A stretch of 63,848 bases of DNA, counting the filler, from Octopus bimaculoides (lineage: Eukaryota): NCBI RefSeq assembly GCF_001194135.2. It is 4 parts of 4 records of this genome, joined end to end, with 100 filler letters (N's around TTAATTAATTAA, not from the genome) between each part and the next. Parts side by side here need not be neighbours in the genome. Positions count along the whole stretch, not along the records: positions 16,719 to 46,764 come from NC_068982.1; 3 more parts are not named here. One strand, given 5' to 3'. Position 1 is the first letter of the stretch; each line of letters opens with the position of its first letter. The translations under genes and the position numbers were made by a program. The notes under the pieces were generated by a model. It did no database searches. It had not been told where the DNA came from and saw only the letters and a list, made by a program, of their open reading frames with translations. Below, piece after piece: positions 25,522 through 37,998 of this stretch.

Positions 25522-26348
25522 NNNNNNNNNNNNNNNNNNNNNNNNNNNNNNNNNNNNNNNNNNNNNNNNNNNNNNNNNNNNNNNNNNNNNNNNNNNNNNN
25601 NNNNNNNNNNNNNNNNNNNNNNNNNNNNNNNNNNNNNNNNNNNNNNNNNNNNNNNNNNNNNNNNNNNNNNNNNNNNNNNNNNNNNNNNNNNNNNNNNNNN
25701 NNNNNNNNNNNNNNNNNNNNNNNNNNNNNNNNNNNNNNNNNNNNNNNNNNNNNNNNNNNNNNNNNNNNNNNNNNNNNNNNNNNNNNNNNNNNNNNNNNNN
25801 NNNNNNNNNNNNNNNNNNNNNNNNNNNNNNNNNNNNNNNNNNNNNNNNNNNNNNNNNNNNNNNNNNNNNNNNNNNNNNNNNNNNNNNNNNNNNNNNNNNN
25901 NNNNNNNNNNNNNNNNNNNNNNNNNNNNNNNNNNNNNNNNNNNNNNNNNNNNNNNNNNNNNNNNNNNNNNNNNNNNNNNNNNNNNNNNNNNNNNNNNNNN
26001 NNNNNNNNNNNNNNNNNNNNNNNNNNNNNNNNNNNNNNNNNNNNNNNNNNNNNNNNNNNNNNNNNNNNNNNNNNNNNNNNNNNNNNNNNGTGTGTGTGCG
26101 TTCGTGTGTACGTACGTCTGTCAGTCTGTCTCCCTATCTGTGTATCTATCTATCTATCTATGTGATTTTTGTATATAAGCGCAGGCGTCACTGTGTGGTA
26201 AGAGACTTGCTTCCCAACCACATGGTTCCGGGTTCAGTCCCACTGCTTGGCACCTTGGGCAAGTGTCTTCTACTATAGCCTCAGGCCGACCAAAGCCTTG
26301 TGAATAGATTTGGTAGACGGAAACTGAAAGAAGCCCGTCGTATATATG

Positions 26349-26379
<31 letters not shown>

Positions 26380-26930
26380 ATATGTTTGTGTGTCTGTGTT
26401 TGCTCCCACACCATCGCATGACAACCGATATTGGTGTGTTTACATCCCCGTAGCGTAGCGGTTCGTCAAAATAGACCGATAGAATAAATACTAGGCTTAC
26501 AAAGAATAAGTCCGGGGTGGGGTACTATCTGTTCGACTAAAGGCGGTGCTCCAGCATAGCCACAGTCAAATAACTAAAACAAGTAAAAGAATAAAATAAT
26601 ACATACATATTTAGAAGGATTAGATGGATTATACACACACACATATACATATACACATATATGCATTTATGTGATTATATATGCATAAATATATGTATGT
26701 ATATGCACACACGCACACACACATACAAATATGCCTGTATTATATACACACACACAAAGACACCGTTATGTCAATAAACTATGATTGAACCCGTTATCTG
26801 ATCTCCGTCCCGATCTTCTCTTCTGTGTGAGAAAATCTGAAAAGTTTACCTGTTTTATCTCGGTTATCTCCTTAGTTCTCCTCTGTCTTGCCCCTCCCAC
26901 ACCACACATATATGCATGCAAGTTTCATAT

Positions 26931-26970
<40 letters not shown>

Positions 26971-27154
26971 TATATATATATATACAACGGTCTTAATAAA
27001 ATTTAATAACGCTAACACCAGTTCCCTCCAAACGTCTCATGTGCAAAATAAGAGAACGATTAGATTCCTTCAGAAATTTCTGAAAATCTCAGACATCGTT
27101 TACATTTGCAGGTGCAACATTACTACCATCTCAGCATTGTGCTAGCTTCCGAAC

Positions 27155-28152
27155 ATGGCACACCACGCTAAATTTACTCCTGATCTCCGAAAAGAAATTG
27201 TCAGGATGAAAGTTTGAGGTATTTCACGAGACGTAAGATCTAAGAGTGTAGTTTCATGTGTTCTTAAGCTCTACGAAGAAACTAAAGGACTTGAACCAAA
27301 CAAGGCAACTGGTAGACTACGCAAAAGCACCATGCGAGATAATGGAGCCATGAAACGATACGTATTGAAGGATCCTTTCGAGACTGCTGCTGGAATTTCT
27401 AAGAAAATAAAAGTACATAAATGGTATGGAAGTGAGCCGCTTTACAGTGTCTCGTCGTCTGAAAGAATTTGGATGAAAGACTTGTTCGCCAGCAGCGAAA
27501 CCTGCCATTAGCAAGAAGAACAAATTCGAAAGGCTTTCGTTTGCAGCAGCTCATGTGAACTGGGGTGGGGTGGGGTGAAAATTAGTCAAAAGTTCATTTT
27601 AACGATAAAAACAAACTCAGTTTAGTAGGTTCAGATGGTAGAGAGTATGTTAGGCGATTCACAGGAGATTGGCTAAAATCCAAATGCTTGAAAAAATCTG
27701 CCAAGTTTGGAAGAGGAAGAGTCATGGTGTGGGGAATGATTTTTTTCTGAAGGAGTTGGCGCTCTGGTGCAGATTAAAGGGACTATTAATGCTAATATCT
27801 ATTTGAATTTGGTTAAACAGCATGTGATCCCATCATTACGAGCATTTCCGAATCAACCGTGTATTTTCATGCAAGATAACGCCCCTTGTCAAACTGCAAA
27901 GCGTGTCACTGGATTCATTAGTGAACAAAATATCCAAGTAATGAAGTGGCCAGCACAAAATCCAGACTTAAATCCAATTGAAAACCTTTGGAAGATACTT
28001 GGAGACAAAGTAACACAAAGAGCACCAACTACTACGAGGAATTTATGGGAGATATTAGAAGAGGAATGGAAGAAAGTAACACCTGACTTATTGAGGCGGA
28101 AGGTTGTGCATGTTTTTTTATGGAAGTACGATTAATTGAAAGAAGTTCTTTT
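27155..28152 (+). mobile_element. Tc1-family DD34E transposase pseudogene
   Basis: MAHHAKFTPDLRKEIV N-terminus; QDNAPCQTAK...KWPAQNPDLNPIENLW. Stops and frameshifts in the 5' half; the 3' end runs into a gap. Confidence 0.92.
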
Positions 28153-28869
28153 NNNNNNNNNNNNNNNNNNNNNNNNNNNNNNNNNNNNNNNNNNNNNNNN
28201 NNNNNNNNNNNNNNNNNNNNNNNNNNNNNNNNNNNNNNNNNNNNNNNNNNNNNNNNNNNNNNNNNNNNNNNNNNNNNNNNNNNNNNNNNNNNNNNNNNNN
28301 NNNNNNNNNNNNNNNNNNNNNNNNNNNNNNNNNNNNNNNNNNNNNNNNNNNNNNNNNNNNNNNNNNNNNNNNNNNNNNNNNNNNNNNNNNNNNNNNNNNN
28401 NNNNNNNNNNNNNNNNNNNNNNNNNNNNNNNNNNNNNNNNNNNNNNNNNNNNNNNNNNNNNNNNNNNNNNNNNNNNNNNNTAGCAGCATACCAAAACGTG
28501 AGCGTTTGGTGCGTTTGGTATACTGCTATATTTCATGCTGAGAGCAATTTAGGTCTTAATAGACACAAGATGTGATCTATTTCTAGCACATTAATTGTCC
28601 ACGTTAGTGGTCAACGTTATTTTTTTAAATGTACCTTAATCCCCTGAGATTGCAGATATTATTTCTGAATCTCTTTGATTCTTTAGATGTGCTGGCCTCC
28701 TGATAATTAATCGATATTAATTAATATATGATTAATTACCATATTTTATAATTATATATATATATATATAGACGATAAGAAAAATGGAGGAAAAATAACA
28801 ATAAGAAGTGTGTCTTTTGCGCTAGGAAGCCATTATTTAATTAGTTAAGAAAGGTGAGAGTGAGAGTGA

Positions 28870-28954
28870 ATTTACGATCGTTTCTGTGTACCGTGGTGAG
28901 GAAAATATATATTTAGATTTTTGCCTCGTTGCCAATGGTAGACATCATCAGAAC
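28870..28954 (-). ncRNA. Type I hammerhead motif with long stem II
   Basis: gtt-CTGATGA-tgt..tacc..tgg..gagg..aaaat(loop)atttt cctc..cca..ggta..aca-GAA-ACGATCGT-A-aat. Confidence 0.55.
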
Positions 28955-29689
28955 GAAGAAGTCAGAGGTAGAGAAGAGCGAAAGGTAGAGGGATACATCG
29001 GAAAAGAAAATGATCAAAGGTTTGAAAGTCTTACATTATAGTTAGGTTCACAGTTCGTTAAGTCCGTTGTGAGGTGGAAGAAGAACAGAAGTTAGTTGAG
29101 CCTGTGGTCTTGTGGTCATTTAGTAGCATGGCTTCCACGTGTCTGTGACTTCTGGGGACTGACCGGCAAGCGAGTTATTTATATATATAAACTGAGATAG
29201 ATAAGGAGAGAGAGTACTGTGTCATCAACAGGAGAAGTACTCAATACAAACATGGTGTAGTATCTTCAGCCGGTCCAGTGGACTGTTATTTAGGAGTTGG
29301 AATTTCTTGCAGCTGCTTCTTCAAGCAAAGGAAACTTGGCGAAAAGACCACAGTAAACATGAAAGCAGTGTAGAGAGACATTGATAGCGAAAGTTGTGAA
29401 GGACGATGACAAAAGTCCATACAAAGGAGTCATGAGTGTTTTCATTATTTCTTGTCTTGCTTCTGTCGCTATTTCTACGTACTTTTTTTTCTTTGCGCAC
29501 TACTTTTGCCGTAAGTGTTGCGTGATGTGACTCGTCTGACTTATCCGAAATAGTGACTACTTGCTTTGTAAGTTACAGCGTACGAATAAGCCGCTGGACT
29601 GGCTTAAATATACCACACACACACATACACGCGCGCGCGCACACACACACAAACACACACACATACACACATACACATACACACAGCTG

Positions 29690-30065
29690 GAATAAGGAAG
29701 ATGTGTTCTTGTCTGTCTCCTGTCCAAGCTTGATTTACACGTTGGCCACCACAACCTCGTTTAAGCTTAGCAGCCCTTCCTGTTTATTTTCACTGTCCTG
29801 TTTGTGTTACCAATTTTAACCCTCTTCAAAGATCCAAAATTTTATTCAATTTGCTTTGCGGGAGCAACTGTTTTAGCGAAAGCGTAGATTGTTGTTAAAT
29901 GCTCGAAATACGAGACTAGAAAAATAGCCAACAACTGATGAAGGGTCGTCCTTTATGTTGTTTGTCTTGTTTTCCAGTTGTGCCTTCCGTTGTTCGAAAA
30001 AATAGTTCATATTCCATGTACTCGTACTTCGTATTTTTTTGATGTACACGTTTCGTGACGTCTTG
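29690..30065. repeat. Dispersed repeat, homologous to 57660-58020
   Basis: Shared blocks cactgtcctgttt.tgttacca, caactgatgaaggg and ttgttcgaaaa. Confidence 0.65.
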
Positions 30066-30082
30066 TGCCCACATATCATCAT

Positions 30083-30443
30083 CATCATCATCATCGTTTA
30101 ACGTCCGCTTTCCATGCTAGTATGGGTTGGACGATTTGACTGAGGACTGGTGAAACCGGATGGCAACACCAGGCTCCAATCTAATTTGGCAGAGTTTCTA
30201 CAGCTGGATGCCCTTCCTAACGCCAACCACTCAGAGAGTGTAGTGGGTGCTTTTACGTGTCACCCGCACGAAAACGGCCACGCTCGAAATGGTGTCTTTT
30301 ATGTGCCACCTGCACAAGAGCCAGTCCAGGGGCACTGGCAACGATCTCGCTCGAAAACCCTACAAGGCCAGTCAGGCGGTACTGGCAACGGTCACGCTCA
30401 AGATGGTACATCTTATGTGCCACCCGCACAAGAGCCAGTCCAG
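30083..30443 (-). mobile_element. SINE family B, young copy with internal tandem units
   Basis: Nearly identical to the reverse complement of 46865-47105. Confidence 0.85.
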
Positions 30444-30826
30444 NNNNNNNNNNNNNNNNNNNNNNNNNNNNNNNNNNNNNNNNNNNNNNNNNNNNNNNNN
30501 NNNNNNNNNNNNNNNNNNNNNNNNNNNNNNNNNNNNNNNNNNNNNNNNNNNNNNNNNNNNNNNNNNNNNNNNNNNNNNNNNNNNNNNNNNNNNNNNNNNN
30601 NNNNNNNNNNNNNNNNNNNNNNNNNNNNNNNNNNNNNNNNNNNNNNNNNNNNNNNNNNNNNNNNNNNNNNNNNNNNNNNNNNNNNNNNNNNNNNNNNNNN
30701 NNNNNNNNNNNNNNNNNNNNNNNNNNNNNNNNNNNATGGGAGAATTCACGAAAAAACAACAGACGAAGACAGGTGTTGTAAACAACAAATGGATGTAGTA
30801 GTATAACGCTCGGGAATAGAGAAAGT

Positions 30827-30862
30827 CTTTAACGTTTCGAGCCTACGTTCTTCAACAGAAAG
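30827..30862 (-). ncRNA. Minimal type I hammerhead motif (degenerate: A6>U, one stem II mismatch)
   Basis: cttt-CTGTTGA-a-gaac(gtag)gctc-GAA-ACGT-T-aaag. Confidence 0.6.
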
Positions 30863-31059
30863 GAACACAGAAAGAAACAAGGAGAGAAAAAAATATATGT
30901 GTAGTGGTCAGCGATCTATCATGGCGAATGCCGGACAGAAGGATCACACAGGAAAGTTAAAAAGTAGTGATCCCAAAACGAAGGTGCGTGTGTGTGAAAG
31001 AATGCTGGTGATCTGAACGTATGCGTGTGTGTATGTAGGTGTGAAGATGTGAAAATGTG

Positions 31060-31320
31060 GGGGTGGAAATTGGTCAGTGCTGGTGTGTGGGTGGTGGTGT
31101 GTTGTGTGATATGGTGTAGCGTGGTGTGATGTGAAGGTGTTGGGAGGTGGGGGAGGTGAGAGTGGGGAAAGCATGGGTGGGGTGTGGGTTAGGCTGAGGG
31201 TGGGGATAAAGGTAGGGGTATGTGGGTAGGCAGAGGTTGGGGTAGGTGGGGGTATGTAGGCAGGTGGAGGGTGGGGTTAGAGGTGGAGTATGTGGGAGAG
31301 GGTGTAGGGGTGAGGTGTAA
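31060..31320 (+). repeat. G/T-rich low-complexity tract with many G3-G5 runs (potential G-quadruplex)
   Basis: Numerous ggg/gggg tracts separated by 1-7 nt. Confidence 0.55.
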
Positions 31321-31427
31321 GATATGAGGTGTATGTGTACATACATCTATACGTATATATGTATATACGTATAGATGTAAGTATGTACATATACATATGT
31401 ATATATGCGTATATATATATACATATA

Positions 31428-31473
<46 letters not shown>

Positions 31474-32732
31474 GATTAACTGAGAAGCGATAAGTTACAG
31501 AAACTCGATACGTAACTGGAGAACATTCTTTGATACATTTAAACTGAAAGGCTCATTACGAGCGAGGTCACTCTGTGACTCTCCTCATAACATTGGGTTT
31601 TTTCCATTTCCAGTTGTGTGTGTGTGTAAGTGTGTGTGGGTGGTATGTGTGTGTGTGTGTGTGTGTATAAGCTACTTTATACGTTCACATATATTTCCAC
31701 ATTATCATGCGCTCACATATCCAGCAGCTAGCCACACGCATTATATATATANNNNNNNNNNNNNNNNNNNNNNNNNNNNNNNNNNNNNNNNNNNNNNNNN
31801 NNNNNNNNNNNNNNNNNNNNNNNNNNNNNNNNNNNNNNNNNNNNNNNNNNNNNNNNNNNNNNNNNNNNNNNNNNNNNNNNNNNNNNNNNNNNNNNNNNNN
31901 NNNNNNNNNNNNNNNNNNNNNNNNNNNNNNNNNNNNNNNNNNNNNNNNNNNNNNNNNNNNNNNNNNNNNNNNNNNNNNNNNNNNNNNNNNNNNNNNNNNN
32001 NNNNNNNNNNNNNNNNNNNNNNNNNNNNNNNNNNNNNNNNNNNNNNNNNNNNNNNNNNNNNNNNNNNNNNNNNNNNNNNNNNNNNNNNNNNNNNNNNNNN
32101 NNNNNNNNNNNNNNNNNNNNNNNNNNNNNNNNNNNNNNNNNNNNNNNNNNNNNNNNNNNNNNNNNNNNNNNNNNNNNNNNNNNNNNNNNNNNNNNNNNNN
32201 NNNNNNNNNNNNNNNNNNNNNNNNNNNNNNNNNNNNNNNNNNNNNNNNNNNNNNNNNNNNNNNNNNNNNNNNNNNNNNNNNNNNNNNNNNNNNNNNNNNN
32301 NNNNNNNNNNNNNNNNNNNNNNNNNNNNNNNNNNNNNNNNNNNNNNNNNNNNNNNNNNNNNNNNNNNNNNNNNNNNNNNNNNNNNNNNNNNNNNNNNNNN
32401 NNNNNNNNNNNNNNNNNNNNNNNNNNNNNNNNNNNNNNNNNNNNNNNNNNNNNNNNNNNNNNNNNNNNNNNNNNNNNNNNNNNNNNNNNNNNNNNNNNNN
32501 NNNNNNNNNNNNNNNNNNNNNNNNNNNNNNNNNNNNNNNNNNNNNNNNNNNNNNNNNNNNNNNNNNNNNNNNNNNNNNNNNNNNNNNNNNNNNNNNNNNN
32601 NNNNNNNNNNNNNNNNNNNNNNNNNNNNNNNNNNNNNNNNNNNNNNNNNNNNNNNNNNNNNNNNNNNNNNNNNNNNNNNNNNNNNNNNNNNNNNNNNNNN
32701 NNNNNNNNNNNNNNNNNNNNNNNNNNNNNNNN

Positions 32733-33010
32733 GTGGCGATGTTATGATGGTGGCGGTGGTATTGGTGGCCGTGGTGGTGTAGGTGACAGTTTCTATGATG
32801 GTGGTGGTGGTGGCGAGTGTGGTGGTGATGGTGGTTGTAGTTGTAGTGTTGAGTGGCGATGTTATGATGGTGGCGGTGGTATTGGTGGCCGTGGTGGTGT
32901 AGGTGACAGTTTCTATGATAGTGGTGGTGGTAGTGGTGGTGGTGGTGATGGAGATTGAGGGGGTTTTAGTGGTTGTGATGTTTGAGGTGACGGTAATTGT
33001 GGTAGTGGTG
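32733..33010. repeat. 120-bp (GGT)-rich minisatellite next to a gap
   Basis: The unit starting gtggcgatgttatgatgg occurs at 32733 and 32853. Confidence 0.85.
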
Positions 33011-33926
33011 TTCAAATACACCAAGGCCGAGTGTCAAGCGGTGGTGGAGGGGACACACACACACATACAGCTTCTTTCGGTTTCTGTCTACTAAATCTAT
33101 TAACAACGCTTTAGTCGGCCCGGGGTTATAGTAGAAGGCACTTGCCCAAGATGCCACGCAGTGAGACTGAACCCGGAACCATGTGGTTGGGAAGCAAGCT
33201 TCTTACTACTCAGCCACAGCTAAAAAAAATTGATTTGACTGCTGTTTCTAACGTACTTGAACGGTGATTGTAGGTTTCTGGTTGAGGTGTTTTATAGTTT
33301 AATGAAGAACTGGAGCCGTCTGAGGAAATGGTAAAAAGAACGCGGCGGGGTGGGAGGGGAGACTAATGGAGGTGAGAGAATAAAATCTGGCATAAATTAT
33401 GTTAATGTGGCGGGAGGAGGTTTAGTGAAAGGTCAACTGTGAAGTTAGAAGGATGATGGGATGGTGGTGGTGGAAGTGTTGGAAGTGGTNNNNNNNNNNN
33501 NNNNNNNNNNNNNNNNNNNNNNNNNNNNNNNNNNNNNNNNNNNNNNNNNNNNNNNNNNNNNNNNNNNNNNNNNNNNNNNNNNNNNNNNNNNNNNNNNNNN
33601 NNNNNNNNNNNNNNNNNNNNNNNNNNNNNNNNNNNNNNNNNNNNNNNNNNNNNNNNNNNNNNNNNNNNNNNNNNNNNNNNNNNNNNNNNNNNNNNNNNNN
33701 NNNNNNNNNNNNNNNNNNNNNNNNNNNNNNNNNNNNNNNNNNNNNNNNNNNNNNNNNNNNNNNNNNNNNNNNNNNNNNNNNNNNNNNNNNNNNNNNNNNN
33801 NNNNNNNNNNNNNNNNNNNNNNNNNNNNNNNNNNNNNNNNNNNNNNNNNNNNNNNNNNNNNNNNNNNNNNNNNNNNNNNNNNNNNNNNNNNNNNNNNNNN
33901 NNNNNNNNNNNNNNNNNNNNNNNNNN

Positions 33927-33996
<70 letters not shown>

Positions 33997-35614
33997 CGTG
34001 AAGGCTATTAACGGAGGTGGAGCTTTAGTAATGACAGTAAAGTAATAACGGGTATCGGGGTGAGTGGTACAAACGAAGGAAGCAAATGATAGCGGAGTCA
34101 TAGTGGTGGTGGTGGTGCTGGGGTTCATCATAATGCTGTCGGTGTTGATAGTAATGGGAATGGCGGTTCATAGTGGTGGTGGTGGTGGTGGTAATAAATC
34201 TGTTACGGTATGGCCATACTCTTTCGTATATTAAATATGTCTGCCATCCAGTCATCTTCACCTTTTTTAGGATAAAACTTCATAAATAGGCGCAGGCGTG
34301 GGCTGTGTGCTAAGAAGCTTGCTTACCACCCACATGGTTCCGGGTTCAGTCCCACTGCGTGGCACCTTGGGCAAATGTCTTCTATGGCCTTGTGAGTGGA
34401 TTGGTAGACGGAAACTGAAAGAAGCCCGTCGTATATATGTATATATATGTATGTGTGTGTGTATATGTTTGTGTGTCTGTATTTCTCCCCCAACATCGCT
34501 TGACAACCGATGCTGGTGTGTTTACGTCCCCGTAACTTAGCGGATAGATAGATAGAGAGAGAGATAGAGAGATAGAGAGAGAGGTAGATAGATAGATAGA
34601 TAGATAAATAGACAGGAATAGATAGATAGCATAAGTGAGTAGGTGAGAGAAAGAATGTGTCAAAGATGCGTCAGTGAATTACAAAATGTGCTTGTGTGTG
34701 TGCGTGTGTGTGTGTGTGTGTTTAGAGTAATAAAGGGTGTGGTTGTCGTAAATTAGACAAGCTATCAAGACAAGAAGAAAAAAAGGAAAAAGGTATGATA
34801 AATGGCCGGAATTTAAAGTATTCTTTATAAGAGAAATAAATAGGTTGGATAGGAAATGGTGGCCGAAATTTGAGCATTTTGCTTCCTTTTTAATAATTAA
34901 ACAAACATTAGGAACCTCGCATCAACCTTTTTCACTGAACAAACAACTGATTTTTATCTGTTTGCTATCGTCTGTTTTATCCACTCAGACGACAGTGTGC
35001 AAAGAAAATATTCTCACAGTTTATAAGTTGACAACCGTTTCAACAACCAAAGCACAATATACCCCAGTTTTAACCATGATGGTAATTGAAAAGTAAACGG
35101 TAAAACATTATCTGCACCAAAACACCATTATAATCTGTCTAACATCACTAGCATCTCGTTAATGGTCGTGTAAAATAAGGGATGTTTTTCTGCCGCACCC
35201 TACAAGTCTGAAATGGGTTGAGCAGACGATAGCAAACGTAACAGCCGATCACTTGATGTATAATTTAGATTTTATCCTCAGATCATTCACCTACATTTCA
35301 AAAGCTCCATTGTTACCTGTGTGCAGGTAGCGGGAGTAGGGGTTTACATTGAAATCGTACGGTTAGACATTTCATTAAATGTCATATATAGATGTTCCAG
35401 TGAGTGATCGGTTTCTACCAAGATATAAGATGCGGTAGTAAAACATTCCATATTTATCACGGCCATTACCATGGCGTTAGTGAGGTTGGACAAGCGGTAA
35501 TGGTATTGTCATATAGTTAATATTTTACCGTTTTCCTTTTTGTTTCAGAAACCGTTATGGTTTGAACTGGTGCTCATTGTGCGTTGACTGTTGGAAGATG
35601 TAACATCTGTTAAT

Positions 35615-35912
35615 GCGCGTGGATCACAATCGTAAGGTCACGAGTTCGATTCCCGGCATTGCGTTGCATACTTGAACAAGACACTTCATTTCACATTGCT
35701 CCAGTCCACTCAGCTGGCAAAAATGAGCTGTACCTGTAATTCAAAGGGCCAACCATATCACATTCTGTGTCACGTTGAATCTCCCAGAGAACTACGTGAA
35801 GGGTACGCGTGTCTGTGGAGTGCTCAGCCACTTGCACGTTAATTTCACGAGCAAAGTGTTCCTTTCATTGGATCAACTGGAACACTCGTCGTCATAATCG
35901 ACGGAGTGCCAG
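35615..35912 (+). mobile_element. tRNA-derived SINE family D
   Basis: gagttcgattcccgg B box; 3' module shared with 36695-36900 in inverted orientation. Confidence 0.75.
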
Positions 35913-36181
35913 TAATATATACCTTTCTACACACTCGTGCACACACTTTGTGTGACAGAAAAAACCCCTACTATAATAATACTCTTGTGTATTTCTCCGT
36001 CGCAACATATGAATGAGAAAGGAAGGGGTGATAGATGAATAAGGAAGGAAGGGGTGATGGCAAACTTGGTAGTGGGATGATGGAAGTTCTACGGTGACAA
36101 AAAAAATCAAACAGCGTTTCAACTTTGCGTGAGTATATGTGTATGTATGTAAAAGGGAGTCATGAGAATGTGTGTGTATGT

Positions 36182-36215
<34 letters not shown>

Positions 36216-36536
36216 TGGAAGTGGGCTGGTGAACATTCAACGCTGAAAAGAAAAAATCAAACAGCGTTTCAACTTTGTGTGTGTGTGCGTGTACAAGGGG
36301 AGTATGTGAATGTTTGTATTTGTGATTATTTTGTGTCTTATTTAAATATAAACTATAACAATCAGCCGTCATTTTTGACGGGGTCAGCTGGCCATTGGCG
36401 TGGCGCTAGAGTAAGGACACGTCATAAATGTGATGCGCCATAGTTGCTCGAATGAATGAGTGACTGGTTCGTATGAAGATATAGAGTGAGACAGAAAATC
36501 TTCCCATTGATGTGCGACGGTTGTGTTCATGTAGAT

Positions 36537-36660
36537 CATGGGTTCTCAAAGTGAGCGCTACCGCCCCCCGGTGGGTGTTGAGACGGGCGAGATGGGCGCT
36601 GGTGCCTAAGGGGGCGGTAGAGAAAAAGGAGGCGTTGGGAGGAATGCAGTGGATTGGGGA
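36537..36660 (+). mobile_element. hAT (Charlie-like) terminal sequence
   Basis: catgggttctcaaagtg terminus; inverted partner at 38790-38917. Confidence 0.65.
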
Positions 36661-36694
36661 ACGCTATGAATTTATTATATTATTATAGTATTGC

Positions 36695-37095
36695 ATACGA
36701 ATTATATAATATTCGTGGCACTTCGTTGGTTACGTCGACGAGGGTTCCAGTTGATCCGATCAACGGAACAGCCTGCTCGTGAAATTAACGTGCAAGTGGC
36801 TGAGCACTCCACAGACACGTGTACCCTTAACGTAGTTTTTTTTTGGAGATTCAGCGTGACACGGTGTGTGACAAGGCTGGTCCCTTTGAAATACAGGTTC
36901 AACAGAAGCAGGAAGAAAGAGTGAAAGTTGTGGTGAAAGAGTACGGCAGGGTTCGCCACCACCTTCTGCCGGAACCTCGTGGAGCTTTAAGTGTTTTCAC
37001 TCAGTAAACACTCACAAAGTCCGGTCTGGGAATCGAAACCGCGACCCCACGGCCGCGAGTCCGCTGCCCTAACCACTGGGCCATTGCGCCTCCAC
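36695..37095 (-). mobile_element. tRNA-derived SINE family E, near full length
   Basis: Head ggcgcaatggcccagtggttagggcagcggactcgcgg...gtttcgattcccagacc (A and B boxes); the same head occurs at 55866 (+) and 61210-61327 (-). Confidence 0.85.
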
Positions 37096-37752
37096 ATATT
37101 ATATTGAATATCATATGATTCATAGTAAGTATAAATTAGTATAATATAAAATATTTTTTTATACATAAAAATAGGGGTGTGGGCGCTGAGGGTATTATGT
37201 GGCCATGAGGGGAGGAGGCAGTGGCCCCAAAAGTTTGGGAACCTCTGATGTAGATTAAATGTTTTATTGCTTCTTTTTTTTTCTTCAGTAACCCATCATG
37301 GTCTAAATTGATACACATCGCGTTTATCAAGAAGAGTGAATCTGAAGAGTTTTAAATTTTCTTTCTCTCTTTTTTTTTTTTCATTTTGTTTTTGTTTTTG
37401 GCAATGTCTTCCAACGAATTGAGTGATCGGTTGATATATTCAGTTATGACTGCTCAGAGGAGAATAATCTAAAAACAGTCTTGAGATATTTTTAAAATGT
37501 CAAACGTCAATATTGACATTAAGTGCTATAGAGTGCTAGTAGCTGTTGGTGTTGATTAGCTCCAGGTTTGTTTTGATTGAGTGGATCCATATTGAAAGAC
37601 GTGGGCAGCCGAACATTTTTTTTAAATCATAAAATGTTGGATTTCATCATCAAATGGAAAGTTTGATGATCACAAACTTAAAGTGAAAAATTTAGCGGAA
37701 GCAATCGGCATTGAGATGAAAAAGAAATTTGAAACTTGCGGATTCTGTTTTG

Positions 37753-37935
37753 CTTTATTATTATTATTGCCTTTGCACAGCTTCTAACACTGGAGATGTA
37801 CTACAGTGTCAGCTGTTCACTATCAATGACCTAAGGTAACACCTCTTATTCTTCGAGCACCTTCCGGAGTATTCGAGCGGTTCCAAGCAGTGCTGTTTCC
37901 TGCAAGTGCTCCACCCTTATTACAGCCCCTTCCAC

Positions 37936-37998
<63 letters not shown>

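Noticed and set aside
29930-30000. caaCTGATGAaggg ... ttcGAAA here and at 57865-57930 as hammerheads
   Set aside because: I could not build stems I-III in register in either copy.
31741-33024. Thr-rich mucin-like ORF
   Set aside because: It derives from a (GGT)-rich 120-bp minisatellite plus a gap, with no start context or splice support.
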